Shown piece by piece: positions 63,404 through 64,000 of a stretch of 64,000 nucleotides of DNA (its first letter is position 1; every line of letters starts with the position of its first letter). The stretch comes from an uncultured Planctomycetaceae bacterium (lineage in GTDB: Bacteria > Planctomycetota > Planctomycetia > Isosphaerales > Isosphaeraceae): NCBI GenBank assembly GCA_963833985.1, contig CAWIAD010000002.1, forward strand, positions 416,001-480,000. Direction: 5' to 3'. The notes under the pieces are model-generated. The model made no database searches. It saw only the letters and a list, made by a program, of their open reading frames with translations, and was not told where the DNA came from. Both the position numbers and the translations under genes were made by a program.

Positions 63404-63679
63404 TCAGGGGCCGTAGCAGTAGCACGAACCCCCGCCTGCCTCCGAGTGAAAGCTGCAACCGCATTGTGAATTCGTGCAGGTCCCGGGCGGGCAGGACGTG
63501 TCGTTGGGATTGCACGTGCAGTCCCACTGGCTACAGAAGCTGCCCACGCACGCGCACGGACAGCAGCTATCGCCGTCGTCGGCGTGTGCCAGTGGTGACG
63601 CCAAAACGAGCCCCGCGGCGAGAAGAACGACTGATGTGAATACGATCGAGTTCCATGAAAAACGCGCCAACCCGTTCAT
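63404..63679 (-). CDS. Small secreted cysteine-rich peptide
   Basis: RBS GGAAGG; Sec signal ending AHA; 58-aa mature part with 13 Cys. Confidence 0.75.
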   Translation of the reverse strand: MNGLARFSWNSIVFTSVVLLAAGLVLASPLAHADDGDSCCPCACVGSFCSQWDCTCNPNDTSCPPGTCTNSQCGCSFHSEAGGGSCYCYGP

Positions 63680-63722
63680 TTGTCCTTCCTGGGAGGTAAA
63701 GTCCGCTACGGAACCCTGAAAG

Positions 63723-64000
63723 TCATCCGGGCGGGCCCTCCTTTTGAGCGCCGGAGGCCACCGCTCCTTCCAACTTGAGAATTAGGGCCGGCTGGGCGGG
63801 ATGGTCGGTAAGGATTGTTACCCGTCCGTTCACAGGGCTTCCTCCCCTTCCTCTACCGTCCACCACGAGAACAAGCTCTCGCGACTGTCCGGGCCCCAGC
63901 AGCGTGGGCATGTCGCTGATTACTGAACATGGGCAAAACGTTGTTGCACCGAGAAGCGTCACCGTCCTGTCGGAAGCGTTCTTAATGTGCACGCATGCTT
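63723..64000 (-). CDS. DUF1573-domain protein (partial; 5' end beyond the window)
   Basis: IKNASDRTVTLLGATTFCPCS...LGPGQSRELVL...VTILTDHP resembles the DUF1573 Ig-like pattern with CxC. Confidence 0.65.
   Translation of the reverse strand, partial: ACVHIKNASDRTVTLLGATTFCPCSVISDMPTLLGPGQSRELVLVVDGRGRGGSPVNGRVTILTDHPAQPALILKLEGAVASGAQKEGPPG

Noticed and set aside
1..64000. rRNA, tRNA, integrase or prophage genes
   Set aside because: No recognisable rRNA blocks, tRNA cloverleafs, recombinase or phage motifs were seen by eye; a tRNAscan or Rfam run would be needed to exclude short RNAs.

Overview
GC-rich bacterial DNA, most likely Planctomycetota (Isosphaeraceae-like). This is inferred from DUF1559, DUF4058 and DUF1573-type genes, LEDRxLL N-terminal signals, an ECF sigma/Ser-Thr kinase pair and a ribosomal cluster lacking L30. 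The centre (31.7-48.3 kb) is the S10-spc-alpha ribosomal superoperon on the minus strand; fusA lies nearby but is separated from rpsJ by an Ig-repeat gene and a Uma2 gene. The left flank holds signalling kinases, an XylR-type regulator beside secreted beta-propeller genes, an 852-bp direct repeat carrying two DUF4058 paralogs that differ almost only in one 77-bp patch, and a compact GCS2 ligase + IucA/IucC synthetase + MFS cluster. It also holds an ECF/STK module, a DUF1559 cassette and an RND efflux system. The right flank (54.7-64 kb) is a co-oriented cluster: DUF1573 protein, small secreted 13-Cys peptide, membrane-anchored protein, two GT-C (PMT/ArnT-like) glycosyltransferases (one split by an IS701 element with clear TIRs and a CTAA duplication), DUF1559 and a DUF1583-like protein. 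It is the best candidate for an undescribed extracytoplasmic peptide-modification system. About 14 frameshifts occur in accessory genes and may be assembly indels. No rRNA, tRNA or CRISPR array was seen. Family names come from motif recognition by eye, not database searches.
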